From IMG/VR virus record IMGVR_UViG_3300037461_000275, positions 1 to 36,474 of that record: a DNA stretch of 36,474 nucleotides. One strand, 5' to 3'. Below, in pieces: positions 1-6,689 of this stretch. Under the pieces are notes generated by a model. That model did no database searches, was not told the DNA's origin, and worked only from the letters and a program-made list of their open reading frames with translations. Each line of letters starts with the position of its first letter. The first letter of the stretch is position 1. The translations under genes and the position numbers were made by a program. Source of the DNA: a virus.

Positions 1-127
1 CTTTTAGGTTCTAAATACGGTTTTTGATTCCTCATAGATCCGGATCCCCGGTATTGTCCGGATCCCCATCTTGATCGCGTCCCGGACCGCCTGATCGTTG
101 ACGACCTTATACTCCGCCGGCACAGCC
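1..127. repeat. Terminal direct repeat, left copy (circular-assembly overlap)
   Basis: Bases 1-127 (CTTTTAGGTTCTAAATACGG...CCGCCGGCACAGCC) read identically at 36348-36474. The repeat lies inside a minus-strand CDS, so the window is a closed circular or circularly permuted genome plus a 127-bp overlap. Confidence 0.9.
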
Positions 128-828
128 TCCGCGTCCAGGATCTCAAACGTCCACACCTTGCGCTGATGCGCCGCCGCCGACTCCGTCCGGACCGCCTTTT
201 TGGCTTCCGGGACCACCGGAGCAATTACGGTCGGCGCCTCGATCTCATGCCGGCGCGCCTCATCTTCGGCCGCTTTCCGCGCGGCGTCGATTTCCGCCTG
301 GCTCGCGGCCCTGGCCCTCGCCTCCGCCTCCGCGATCCGGGCCGCATCCTCCCGGGCCTTCCGGTTTGCCTCCTCCGCCTCCCGGCGCAGCTTCTCCTGC
401 AGATCCGCCGCCGCCTTGCGGGCCGCCTCCTCCGCCTTGCGCCGCTCCATTTCGACGCGGGCCTGATGCTGGGAAATTTTGCCTTTTGCCGCCGACTCCG
501 CCGACTCCAGCGCGTCCGTGATGGCCTTGCAAATCCCGTTGACGCCCTTCACAAACTCCGACGGCTCCTGGACGATCTCCCGGCGCTTTACGTCGATGGC
601 CTTGGCAATCTTTTTCGCGTTGCCGCCCAGCATGACGGCCAGGTTCAGCGTCTCGTCGTCCGTAACCTCCAGGGCCTTGATCTCGTCCGCAATCCGCCCC
701 GCCTCCCGCTTGTAGTCCTCGAACTTCGGCCGTACCAGCGCCATGTCATAAACGACGCCGGCCTCGACGGCCTCAGCAGCCTCCTCGTACTGGCGCTCCG
801 TCAGTACGCCGCTCAAATCCAATGCCAT
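4..828 (-). CDS. Early coiled-coil protein directly upstream of recT across the circular junction; function unknown
   Basis: ORF 4..855. The second ATG (828) is preceded by GAGAGGAGGACGGGAAA. A central Ala/Glu/Arg/Lys-rich stretch (RKAEEAARKAAADLQEKLRREAEEANRKAREDAARIAEAEARARAA) is coiled-coil-like. The stop lies 17 nt before the recT ATG in the circular map. Confidence 0.75.
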   Translation of the reverse strand: MALDLSGVLTERQYEEAAEAVEAGVVYDMALVRPKFEDYKREAGRIADEIKALEVTDDETLNLAVMLGGNAKKIAKAIDVKRREIVQEPSEFVKGVNGICKAITDALESAESAAKGKISQHQARVEMERRKAEEAARKAAADLQEKLRREAEEANRKAREDAARIAEAEARARAASQAEIDAARKAAEDEARRHEIEAPTVIAPVVPEAKKAVRTESAAAHQRKVWTFEILDAEAVPAEYKVVNDQAVRDAIKMGIRTIPGIRIYEESKTVFRT

Positions 829-845
829 TTTCCCGTCCTCCTCTC

Positions 846-1397
846 TCAGTCGCATGATGTTTTTGTTTGCTGTGTCTTCTCCAACGCCCCTTCCAGCACC
901 TTTATCCGGGCGGTCAGGGCGGCGATGCGCTCCAATGCTCTACTTGGTGCGGCAACCAAATCATCGTCACCGCAACCCCAATTTTCATCTGTAGCCAACG
1001 CTTCCACTATCTTAAAACACTCATTCCGCAGGGCTTGCATGTGAGCATGTTCCCATGCGTGATGTTTCTCCTTCTCCTGCATGGTGGCATGGTCGGCCTC
1101 CTTCCTCAGCCACTCCACCGCTGCCTGTGCGAGTAGGCCGGTGGTGTCAAGCAAATAGTCTGTGTAGGAAAGTGTGCCAACGTCGCATAGATACATGAGA
1201 AATTCTTTAAGGCACTCCCTTGTTTTCATCAGCCTCAACAATTCTATCTTGCCGGAGTCGGCGGTGAAGTCGGGGTTACGTTGCCACGGAAACAACATAC
1301 TTTCATGACAATGCTTGCACTCCATAGTATTTCTATCGACTTGCTCATGCCAGCACAGCCCCAACAGCACCGCCAGTTCTTTGTTGATGTCACTCAT
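846..1397 (-). CDS. Hypothetical Cys/His-rich early protein (183 aa)
   Basis: ATGA start/stop overlap with the upstream gene at 1394-1397. N-terminal CWHE..x..CKHCH motif. Shares an ALExIxALTARIKxLE segment with the 130-aa protein at 1894..2286. Visibly lower GC than the backbone. Confidence 0.7.
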   Translation of the reverse strand: MSDINKELAVLLGLCWHEQVDRNTMECKHCHESMLFPWQRNPDFTADSGKIELLRLMKTRECLKEFLMYLCDVGTLSYTDYLLDTTGLLAQAAVEWLRKEADHATMQEKEKHHAWEHAHMQALRNECFKIVEALATDENWGCGDDDLVAAPSRALERIAALTARIKVLEGALEKTQQTKTSCD

Positions 1398-1792
1398 ACC
1401 CCCTCCTTTAGTGCGGCTTCAATTATACTTTCAACCATATTTCCTACCGGATCATGCGAAAACCATCGGATATTTTTATTAAGTAAAGTAGCATAGTGCA
1501 CCTCTTTGGTTGTGCTTGAACCGATATAATCAAAATAATTTACAACAAAGATTTCGTCTGAAATATCAATCTTTCGTAAGTGAAGCTCGTCCATTTCATC
1601 TGCCACACCCTCGTGTTCTGCAAGATGGTCTGGTATCTTATTCCTACAATACCATTCGGGTAACAGATGAAGCCCCATAGTAATCGCCTTTTCGTCCCTT
1701 TCAATGAGCCATGCACACACAGCCATAATGTCGCAGAATCTTGATGATCCACACAGGGTTACTATTTTAGGTTTATTTATTGTGTCACTCAT
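1394..1792 (-). CDS. Rossmann-like protein, tentatively of the nucleoside 2-deoxyribosyltransferase-like superfamily (LCGSxRF type)
   Basis: RBS AAGGAGG before the ATG. Motifs KIVTLCGSSRF ... DELHLRKIDISDEIFVVN ... IGSSTTKEV match a family pattern I recall from phage and actinobacterial proteins. No search was run. Confidence 0.6.
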   Translation of the reverse strand: MSDTINKPKIVTLCGSSRFCDIMAVCAWLIERDEKAITMGLHLLPEWYCRNKIPDHLAEHEGVADEMDELHLRKIDISDEIFVVNYFDYIGSSTTKEVHYATLLNKNIRWFSHDPVGNMVESIIEAALKEGV

Positions 1793-1893
1793 ACGGCCTC
1801 CTTATAAGTCCTAACAAAGAATGGCGATAGCAAACTCATTTTGTGCCATCATCTCCGTATGCCCATCCTTAAATTGATGGTGTAATTGCTAGA

Positions 1894-2286
1894 TCATCTT
1901 GAGCCTCCTTCCGTCGGCGTTCTGCCACACTGAGCGCAAACAGATAAGTTAGGGCCATTCCAGTGCCCACAGCCGCAATACCAGTCATGGGTGGCTTCCA
2001 GTTCCTTGATACGGGCGGTCAGGGCGGTGATCTTTTCAAGGGCCTCCATATTAGATTTTGCGCCAAGAGCATTTCTAAATGAAGATAAGCTTTCTCGTTG
2101 CCACCGGTATAGACGAGGTAGGTCTGATTGCTCTTCTACTGTGATTCCATTCTTGCGGCACTCCTCATCCTTCTCCGCAAGAGCGGCAAGGTGGTCGGTG
2201 TAGAGGACATAATCGCCATCAGGCGAAGGTGTCATCCTATCACTTGGCTCCCCTAACCATTGCCTATATCTCTGTATCTCACTCAT
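1894..2286 (-). CDS. Hypothetical early protein with C-terminal zinc-ribbon-like motif
   Basis: 130-aa ORF ending CGCGHWNGPNLSVCAQCGRTP. Its start overlaps the stop of the 56-aa ORF (ATGA at 2283-2286). Confidence 0.7.
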   Translation of the reverse strand: MSEIQRYRQWLGEPSDRMTPSPDGDYVLYTDHLAALAEKDEECRKNGITVEEQSDLPRLYRWQRESLSSFRNALGAKSNMEALEKITALTARIKELEATHDWYCGCGHWNGPNLSVCAQCGRTPTEGGSR

Positions 2287-2453
2287 ACGGCCTCCTCATA
2301 CAATTTCTGACTGATAGGTTTCCCGCAATAGACACAAAATTTCATTCTGTTTTCTTCCGGTGTTCCGGTGATGATAATATAAGTCTCTCGGCATCCGGTC
2401 ATCCAGTTGCCTTCGGAATCCTCTTTCCAGACACATTCGCCTTGTTTACTCAT
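2283..2453 (-). CDS. Small Cys-containing early protein (56 aa, MSKQGECVWKEDSEGNWMTGCRETYIIITGTPEENRMKFCVYCGKPISQKLYEEAV)
   Basis: Hand translation. Below the 60-aa cutoff of the ORF track. RBS GAAGGAGG upstream. The stop is coupled (ATGA) to the next gene. Confidence 0.55.
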   Translation of the reverse strand: MSKQGECVWKEDSEGNWMTGCRETYIIITGTPEENRMKFCVYCGKPISQKLYEEAV

Positions 2454-2465
2454 CCCCGGCCTCCT

Positions 2466-2570
2466 TCACTTCGTAACAATGGCCCCGCAATGGCGGCATT
2501 CGTATTGTAATTTCCACGGCCCATGAGGAGCCGCCCCATGCATCTCTTTTCCGCACTTAGGACATTTCAT
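2466..2570 (-). CDS. 34-aa zinc-ribbon protein (MKCPKCGKEMHG...CRHCGAIVTK)
   Basis: Internal ATG of ORF 2466..2657, preceded by GAGGAGG. Two CxxC pairs. The upstream part of the track ORF overlaps the nuclease gene end and looks non-coding. Confidence 0.55.
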   Translation of the reverse strand: MKCPKCGKEMHGAAPHGPWKLQYECRHCGAIVTK

Positions 2571-2583
2571 GGTCGGCCTCCTC

Positions 2584-3108
2584 TTATTGTTTGAAATACC
2601 GCCAGCAGTTAAGCGCCGACAGGAAGATTGTGAAATCCTGCCCGCCGGTCCCGTCATACCAATTCATTGCCGGGATCCGCCCGTCCCGGTCCAGCCGCAG
2701 CGACCCGCTCCGGTCCACAACAACCCCGTCCAGGTTTTTGTAAGCGGAAAGCTGTACCCGCCAGGCGAGCAGGAGCGCGATCGGCGTCTTGAGATCCACC
2801 AGCCACCGCTCCCCGCCCTTGACCTTGACGATCAGATCCATCTGACCGCAATACCCATGCGCTTCCGAAAACAGCCGCTCCTCCGCCAGGATCAGCTCGT
2901 CGACGACCTTGTCGTACCAGCGCCGGAATGAATCGAAATAGCCGGCATACTCCGGCGCGACGGCCGGCCAGATCCCCCTGGCGTACAGCGTGCAAACCTC
3001 ATGGACCGCCGTCCCGCGCTCCTGGGCCGCCTGTAATTTTGCCGCCGGGATCCGGGAAAAGTCCACCCAGGGCTCAATGACCTCCGTTACCGTCGGCAGA
3101 TACCGCAC
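2584..3108 (-). CDS. PD-(D/E)XK family nuclease (RecB/Cas4-like fold); likely exonuclease partner of RecT
   Basis: GTG start 3 nt after the upstream stop, with AAGGGGG RBS. Motifs GTAVHE ... GQMDLIVKVKGGERWLVDLKT (D ... D-x-K). Confidence 0.65.
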   Translation of the reverse strand: MRYLPTVTEVIEPWVDFSRIPAAKLQAAQERGTAVHEVCTLYARGIWPAVAPEYAGYFDSFRRWYDKVVDELILAEERLFSEAHGYCGQMDLIVKVKGGERWLVDLKTPIALLLAWRVQLSAYKNLDGVVVDRSGSLRLDRDGRIPAMNWYDGTGGQDFTIFLSALNCWRYFKQ

Positions 3109-3111
3109 GCC

Positions 3112-3411
3112 CTACCCCCTTAGCCGGTACTCGAACAGGCCGCGCTGGATCCGCCGGGCCACCACGTCAACGCAGTAAGGCTTTAGCGCGGCCCGGATAT
3201 CCGAGATCCTGCCCGTTGAATTGAAGATCCCCAGCCCCCGGACGATTTCGGCGTTTGTGATCGGCCCCTCCAGCAGCCGCTCGTAAAGCCGATGGCATTG
3301 CGTATCGTACGCAAACAGCGCCGACGCCAGCGGATAGGACAGGTTAAGGCCGACCTGGTACGGCAGCGCCAGGCTGACCGTCCGCCCGTTATAAAGGCCG
3401 TTCGTTTCCAT
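3112..3411 (-). CDS. Winged-helix DNA-binding protein
   Basis: ATG at 3411 (METNGLY). Segment PITNAEIVRGLGIFNSTGRISDIRAAL resembles the HTH ... RIsElR type winged-helix seen in phage proteins. Confidence 0.6.
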   Translation of the reverse strand: METNGLYNGRTVSLALPYQVGLNLSYPLASALFAYDTQCHRLYERLLEGPITNAEIVRGLGIFNSTGRISDIRAALKPYCVDVVARRIQRGLFEYRLRG

Positions 3412-3415
3412 GTCC

Positions 3416-3568
3416 CTACCTCGCAATGATCGTCAAAACGGCCGGCAGAATGATCACGATAAACGCCAGGATGATCGCAACAACCCCCAGCCGCCAGGAC
3501 CAGCGGTCACAAAAAGCCATAAAGCGCTCCGTTTGCCGGTCCACATGCCTAAGCAAATAATTCCGCAT
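3416..3568 (-). CDS. Small membrane protein (50 aa, MRNYLLRHVDRQTERFMAFCDRWSWRLGVVAIILAFIVIILPAVLTIIAR)
   Basis: Hand translation. GGAGGG RBS. One clear hydrophobic helix. More protein-like than the overlapping Gly/Pro/Arg-rich track ORF 3454..3765. Confidence 0.45.
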   Translation of the reverse strand: MRNYLLRHVDRQTERFMAFCDRWSWRLGVVAIILAFIVIILPAVLTIIAR

Positions 3569-3572
3569 CCCC

Positions 3573-3743
3573 CTACCCTCCATTGTTTGCGCGCTTCATA
3601 TACTGCTCGATCGGCTTGAAATTGCCCCGGGCCGCCTCCGCCACGCAGAAACGATATAACGCGTCCCTGTCCGGTTTCGGGTCCAGCACCGCCAGCAGCC
3701 GGTCCAGCTTTTGATTCAATTCGATTAGAAGCGGCTCGTTCAT
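3573..3743 (-). CDS. Small early protein (56 aa, MNEPLLIELNQKLDRLLAVLDPKPDRDALYRFCVAEAARGNFKPIEQYMKRANNGG)
   Basis: Hand translation. Helical-looking composition. No strong RBS seen. Confidence 0.4.
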   Translation of the reverse strand: MNEPLLIELNQKLDRLLAVLDPKPDRDALYRFCVAEAARGNFKPIEQYMKRANNGG

Positions 3744-3778
3744 AAGACAATGTCCAACAATGCAAACGATTGTAATGT

Positions 3779-3988
3779 TTAATCCTTCGTGCTTAAATAA
3801 AGCCGCGGATCAAATTTCGATTCATGCAGGATTTCGGCGGCGACGTAGAGGAGCCGCAGATTCAGTTTCTTTTTCAAGGCGACAGGCAGCCGGTCGAGTT
3901 GTCGTTTTGTGATTTCCGGCAGCCGGAAGGAATAGGTCTCGTCGAGCTTGTCCATGTCCGATATATTCAGCATTTCGTCACGCGACAT
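3779..3988 (-). CDS. Ribbon-helix-helix-like small DNA-binding protein (69 aa)
   Basis: Internal ATG (M48) of ORF 3779..4129. YSFRLPEITKRQLDRL fits a beta-strand plus helix RHH N-terminus. Overlaps the upstream HTH gene end by 11 nt. Confidence 0.5.
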   Translation of the reverse strand: MSRDEMLNISDMDKLDETYSFRLPEITKRQLDRLPVALKKKLNLRLLYVAAEILHESKFDPRLYLSTKD

Positions 3989-4238
3989 TGCAGCCGGCCC
4001 CTTGACTATCATTCTGCTGGTCAGTTTCGACAAAAAAAATGTCCACAGATCGCAGCCCGAGCGCGTTGACGATGATGGCCAAATACTCCACCGACGGCTT
4101 GACGCCCCCCGCCTCCCAGGCGTGGACAAGCTGCCTGGACGCGGTCCCGCCGAGCATGGCGGCGAACTCCTCGCGGCTCAGGTTGCGCGCCTCGCGGATG
4201 ATCCGGATGGCCTCCGGATTGTAGTGTTTTTGTTTCAT
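3978..4238 (-). CDS. XRE-family HTH regulator, Cro-like first gene of the long minus-strand operon
   Basis: The last 86 aa of track ORF 3978..4922 start at MKQKHYNPEAIRIIREARNLSREEFAAMLGGTASRQLVHAWEAGGVKPS (classic HTH_3 pattern). Divergent from the plus-strand HTH gene. Confidence 0.75.
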   Translation of the reverse strand: MKQKHYNPEAIRIIREARNLSREEFAAMLGGTASRQLVHAWEAGGVKPSVEYLAIIVNALGLRSVDIFFVETDQQNDSQGAGCNVA

Positions 4239-4313
4239 GCGTCCCCCTTTTGGCAATCGACTAACACAATAATATACGCTTGTCAAGTATTTTTTACATG
4301 GTAAAGTGTAGCC
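4239..4313. promoter_or_regulatory. Divergent promoter/operator region (genetic switch)
   Basis: Plus strand has TTGTCA (4280-4285), a 16-nt spacer, then TGgTAAAGT (4299-4307), ending 6 nt before the ATG at 4314, which suggests a leaderless mRNA. Minus strand has TTGACA (complement of 4281-4286) inside the palindrome CTTGTCAAG (4279-4287). The minus-strand -10 is weak (TGtTAGTCG). Confidence 0.5.
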
Positions 4314-4643
4314 ATGAATATCAAGGAACGCGTCGAGAAGGAAATCAAGAAAGGCGTGAGCCGTCGCAAACTTGCGCAGCTTGTCGGCGTCTCGCTCGGG
4401 ACCGTCCAGAATGTTTTGCTCGGGGACACGGAGATAAAAAACAGCACCATCGATAAATTTTCCCGATACTTTGGGACCCGCCTGGACGCCATTCCACAAG
4501 CCGCGGCAGAAAATTGGAAAGACAAGTATATTTCCTGCATGGAAGAACTGCACGAAACGCGGAAGGAGCTGGATGAGCTGAGAAGGAAGGTCGACCGACT
4601 GACGGCCCCTCTTGGCTCTGTCGTAAAATCGGACGCGTCTTAG
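4314..4643 (+). CDS. HTH (XRE-like) regulator, cI-like lysogeny repressor candidate
   Basis: GVSRRKLAQLVGVSLGTVQNVLLG is an HTH. C-terminal coiled-coil-like EELHETRKELDELRRKVDRL. Same strand as, and upstream of, the integrase. No S24 peptidase domain. Confidence 0.75.
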   Translation: MNIKERVEKEIKKGVSRRKLAQLVGVSLGTVQNVLLGDTEIKNSTIDKFSRYFGTRLDAIPQAAAENWKDKYISCMEELHETRKELDELRRKVDRLTAPLGSVVKSDAS

Positions 4644-4681
4644 GAAGGCGCGGAAACGTGTTTTATTTATGAGACCGCCGC

Positions 4682-4777
4682 ATGAACGAACGCAACGAGA
4701 ACAGTTATCTGTTTTACGCAATCCTCGTCGCCCTGCTTTTTCTTGCCGGGATCCTGAGGGGATGGTGGGCAGAGTAA
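4682..4777 (+). CDS. 31-aa single-TM micropeptide (MNERNENSYLFYAILVALLFLAGILRGWWAE)
   Basis: Hand translation. The stop TAA abuts the integrase ATG (TAAATG). Paralogous to the 27-aa ORF at 24513..24596. Weak RBS. Confidence 0.45.
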   Translation: MNERNENSYLFYAILVALLFLAGILRGWWAE

Positions 4778-5836
4778 ATGTCCGTTCGACGCCTCCCCTC
4801 CGGCCGCTGGGTCCTGGACTATTACCCCCATGGCCGGACCGGCAAGCGGATCCGGAAGGTCCTCCGCAACATGACGGAGCAACAGGCCAGGGAATTCGAC
4901 CAGGCGATCCGGGAACATTCACTAAAGGCCCGGGAGCCGGCCGGCCCGGATGCCGTCCTGGCGTCGCCCCATGCCGCCGTCCGGGATCTGCTGCCCGATT
5001 ATCTGCAATGGTACGCCCTGCACCGAGCCCCGACCAGCCTGGCCGACCTCGCCCTGATCGTCGAAAAGCACTGGTCCCGCTACCTGTCCGGCTACGCCGT
5101 CGCGCAGATCGGCCCGGAACATTATACCCTGTATCAGCAAATGCGAAGCCGGGAGAACGTCAGCAACCGCACTATCAACAAGGAGCTGGCCTATTTCGGC
5201 GGCTTTCTGTCCTGGTGCCGGCGCATAAAGCGCCTGGATTGCGCAAAGCCCGTTATCGATCAGCTGCCCTATAAGCGCCCGGTCCCGATTGTCTTGACGC
5301 CGGCGGAGATCTTGCGGATCCTCAAACATTGCAAGCCACAGCTCCGGGCCTTTGTTTTGTGCCTCTATACCCTGGGCCTCCGCGTAAACGAGGCGAGGTA
5401 TCTCCGATGGCAGGATCTCGACATGGACGGGAACGCCGTCCGCGTCATTCAAAAAGGCGGCACGCATAAACTATTGCCGCTCAACGGCCCCCTAAAAGAA
5501 GCCCTCGAAGCCCTCCCGCGCAAACATGAGCGCGTCTTTGTCGGCAGACAGGGCAAGCCCTTGACCAACATCCGGAAGGCCCTCCTGGTGGCGGCAAAGA
5601 AGGCAGGAATAGAAAAACACGTCCACCCACACCTTTTCCGGCACTCCTGGGCGACGCATCTCATGGCCGCCGGCGTCAATATGCGGATCATCCAGCAATT
5701 TCTCGGCCATTCACAGATACATACGACGCAATGGTACAGCCAGGTCGACCTGGGAAACATGCGCGAAGCTGGGGAGACTGTCCACGGAAAACTGTTAGGA
5801 TTACAGGCAGATGAGAAAAAAGTGACTACGCCATGA
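4778..5836 (+). CDS. int: Tyrosine recombinase / phage integrase
   Basis: 352 aa. N-terminal arm-binding-like RRLPSGRWVLDYYPHG. Catalytic signature GLRVNEARYL ... HPHLFRHSWATHL ... LGHSQIHTTQWY (R..HxxR..Y). Confidence 0.95.
   Translation: MSVRRLPSGRWVLDYYPHGRTGKRIRKVLRNMTEQQAREFDQAIREHSLKAREPAGPDAVLASPHAAVRDLLPDYLQWYALHRAPTSLADLALIVEKHWSRYLSGYAVAQIGPEHYTLYQQMRSRENVSNRTINKELAYFGGFLSWCRRIKRLDCAKPVIDQLPYKRPVPIVLTPAEILRILKHCKPQLRAFVLCLYTLGLRVNEARYLRWQDLDMDGNAVRVIQKGGTHKLLPLNGPLKEALEALPRKHERVFVGRQGKPLTNIRKALLVAAKKAGIEKHVHPHLFRHSWATHLMAAGVNMRIIQQFLGHSQIHTTQWYSQVDLGNMREAGETVHGKLLGLQADEKKVTTP
5822..5832 (+). repeat. Putative integrase arm-type site (GTGACTACGCC), left arm
   Basis: TGACTACG occurs three times in the same orientation flanking the tRNA-like core (5823-5830, 5971-5978, 5982-5989). 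Confidence 0.4.
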
Positions 5837-5884
5837 CCATGACCATAAGCAACGATATCATGCACTTGCATGATTTCAGCCGCA

Positions 5885-5931
5885 GGACTCTGACTCCGTG
5901 AATCGTGGTTCGAATCCACGTCTCCCAGCCA
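5885..5931 (+). other. attP core: 3' portion of a tRNA-Gln(CUG)-like gene (anticodon loop to CCA)
   Basis: The sequence shows anticodon loop CTCTGAC, T-arm CGTGG-TTCGAAT-CCACG, acceptor 3' strand TCTCCCA, discriminator G and CCA. No matching 5' acceptor strand or D-arm lies upstream, so it is a fragment. It sits directly downstream of int. Confidence 0.6.
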
Positions 5932-5939
5932 GAAATACA

Positions 5940-5965
5940 GGGCCTCCGGATCGGCGGCCCTTTTT
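5940..5965. terminator. Intrinsic terminator (bidirectional candidate) between int/attP and the end of the late operon
   Basis: GGGCCtCCGgatCGGcGGCCC followed by TTTTT on the plus strand. On the minus strand the same hairpin is followed by TGTATTTCT. Confidence 0.6.
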
Positions 5966-5969
5966 GCTG

Positions 5970-5991
5970 GTGACTACGAAATGACTACGCC
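5970..5991 (+). repeat. Putative integrase arm-type sites, right arm (GTGACTACGaaATGACTACGCC)
   Basis: Two tandem copies, 11-12 nt apart, of the motif also present at 5822-5832. Confidence 0.4.
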
Positions 5992-6551
5992 TTGAGCTGC
6001 TGCCGCAGTCGGCTCATCATTTCCGTTTTTTCCGCGCTCGACCTCGAGGATCCGAACTCAAAATCGAAGGCGGTCCCGATATTCCGGGCGAACATGCCGC
6101 CAATGGTCAGCAGAAACCCCCCGATCGCGGACGCTGCATCGATGTTCTTTGTCCCCAGGACGACGGCAATCACGACAATGGCGATAAAGGCCCCGGCCAG
6201 CATGACGTCAGCGCGCTTGTTTTGCTGCCCCGCCTTGCGGATCTCCGTGTCCCGGACCCGGGCGCTCTGTATGTCGCCCATAAAGATTTTGAGCTCCTCG
6301 ATCTCCTGGTCTTTTTGCTTGAGCTTAAAATCATTGTCGGCCAGCAGCAGCTTCAGCCGGGCCTCCGGATCCGTCGTTATGGCCGTCATGACGTCCTCCG
6401 GTTTCGCGTCGTCCGTCAAACCAAAGGCTTTTGTCAGCGCGCCGACCACAGACCCGATGACGGCGCTTGATCCGCCCGTAACGGGCGCCAGGGCGATCCC
6501 CAGCCCCGGGACGATCTCCAGCGCTTTTTTCAGTACGTCTTTCCAGTCCAT
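5985..6551 (-). CDS. Lysis-cassette membrane protein, holin-like (three hydrophobic segments separated by a charged coiled segment)
   Basis: 188 aa. Hydrophobic stretches IVPGLGIALAPVTGGSSAVIGSVVGAL, VMLAGAFIAIVVIAVVLG and AIGGFLLTIGGMFARNIG. RBS is a G8 run. Last gene of the late operon. Confidence 0.6.
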   Translation of the reverse strand: MDWKDVLKKALEIVPGLGIALAPVTGGSSAVIGSVVGALTKAFGLTDDAKPEDVMTAITTDPEARLKLLLADNDFKLKQKDQEIEELKIFMGDIQSARVRDTEIRKAGQQNKRADVMLAGAFIAIVVIAVVLGTKNIDAASAIGGFLLTIGGMFARNIGTAFDFEFGSSRSSAEKTEMMSRLRQQLKA

Positions 6552-6563
6552 ACCCCCCCCTTT

Positions 6564-6689
6564 TTAAGGTTTTCTGTCTCCTCGCGCTTTCATGATCCGG
6601 TCGATCAGCGCTTTCGATCCCGCCAGATAGCCGATCCCGGCGACAATCATGGCCACAATAAGCGTCCAGAATCCCTTGGCGCTGTCCAT
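6564..6689 (-). CDS. Small single-TM protein in the lysis cassette (41 aa from ATG; 50 aa if GTG at 6716)
   Basis: Hand translation MDSAKGFWTLIVAMIVAGIGYLAGSKALIDRIMKARGDRKP. Fills the gap between the endolysin and the holin-like gene. Confidence 0.45.
   Translation of the reverse strand: MDSAKGFWTLIVAMIVAGIGYLAGSKALIDRIMKARGDRKP

Noticed and set aside
166-1044. Long plus-strand ORFs antisense to minus-strand genes (for example 166..1044, 9157..10425, 10747..11859, 11123..12151, 13686..14489, 21640..22323, 22681..23412, 26905..27708)
   Set aside because: Their Arg/Pro/Gly/Leu-rich low-complexity translations are typical of open antisense frames in GC-rich DNA. They have no RBS, and each lies opposite a gene with a recognisable product or strong coupling.
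3978-4922. 314-aa minus-strand ORF spanning the switch region and the start of int
   Set aside because: Only the last 86 aa (from MKQKHYNPEAIRII, ATG at 4238) look like a protein and have a start context. The upstream part is Gly/Pro/Arg-rich and antisense to the plus-strand HTH gene and int.
5449-5919. 156-aa minus-strand ORF covering the end of int and the attP core
   Set aside because: It is antisense to the well-supported integrase and runs through the tRNA fragment, with no RBS.
5840-5931. A complete tRNA gene downstream of int
   Set aside because: Only the anticodon loop, T-arm and acceptor 3' strand are present. No TGGGAGA 5' acceptor strand or D-arm lies upstream, and the 5' half of the anticodon stem does not pair. 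It is interpreted as an attP fragment.
6552-6565. C8T5 homopolymer run (G8 on the coding strand) as a phase-variation tract
   Set aside because: It lies in the 12-nt spacer and serves as the Shine-Dalgarno region of the holin-like gene. Slippage would not shift any reading frame, and there is no evidence of variability.
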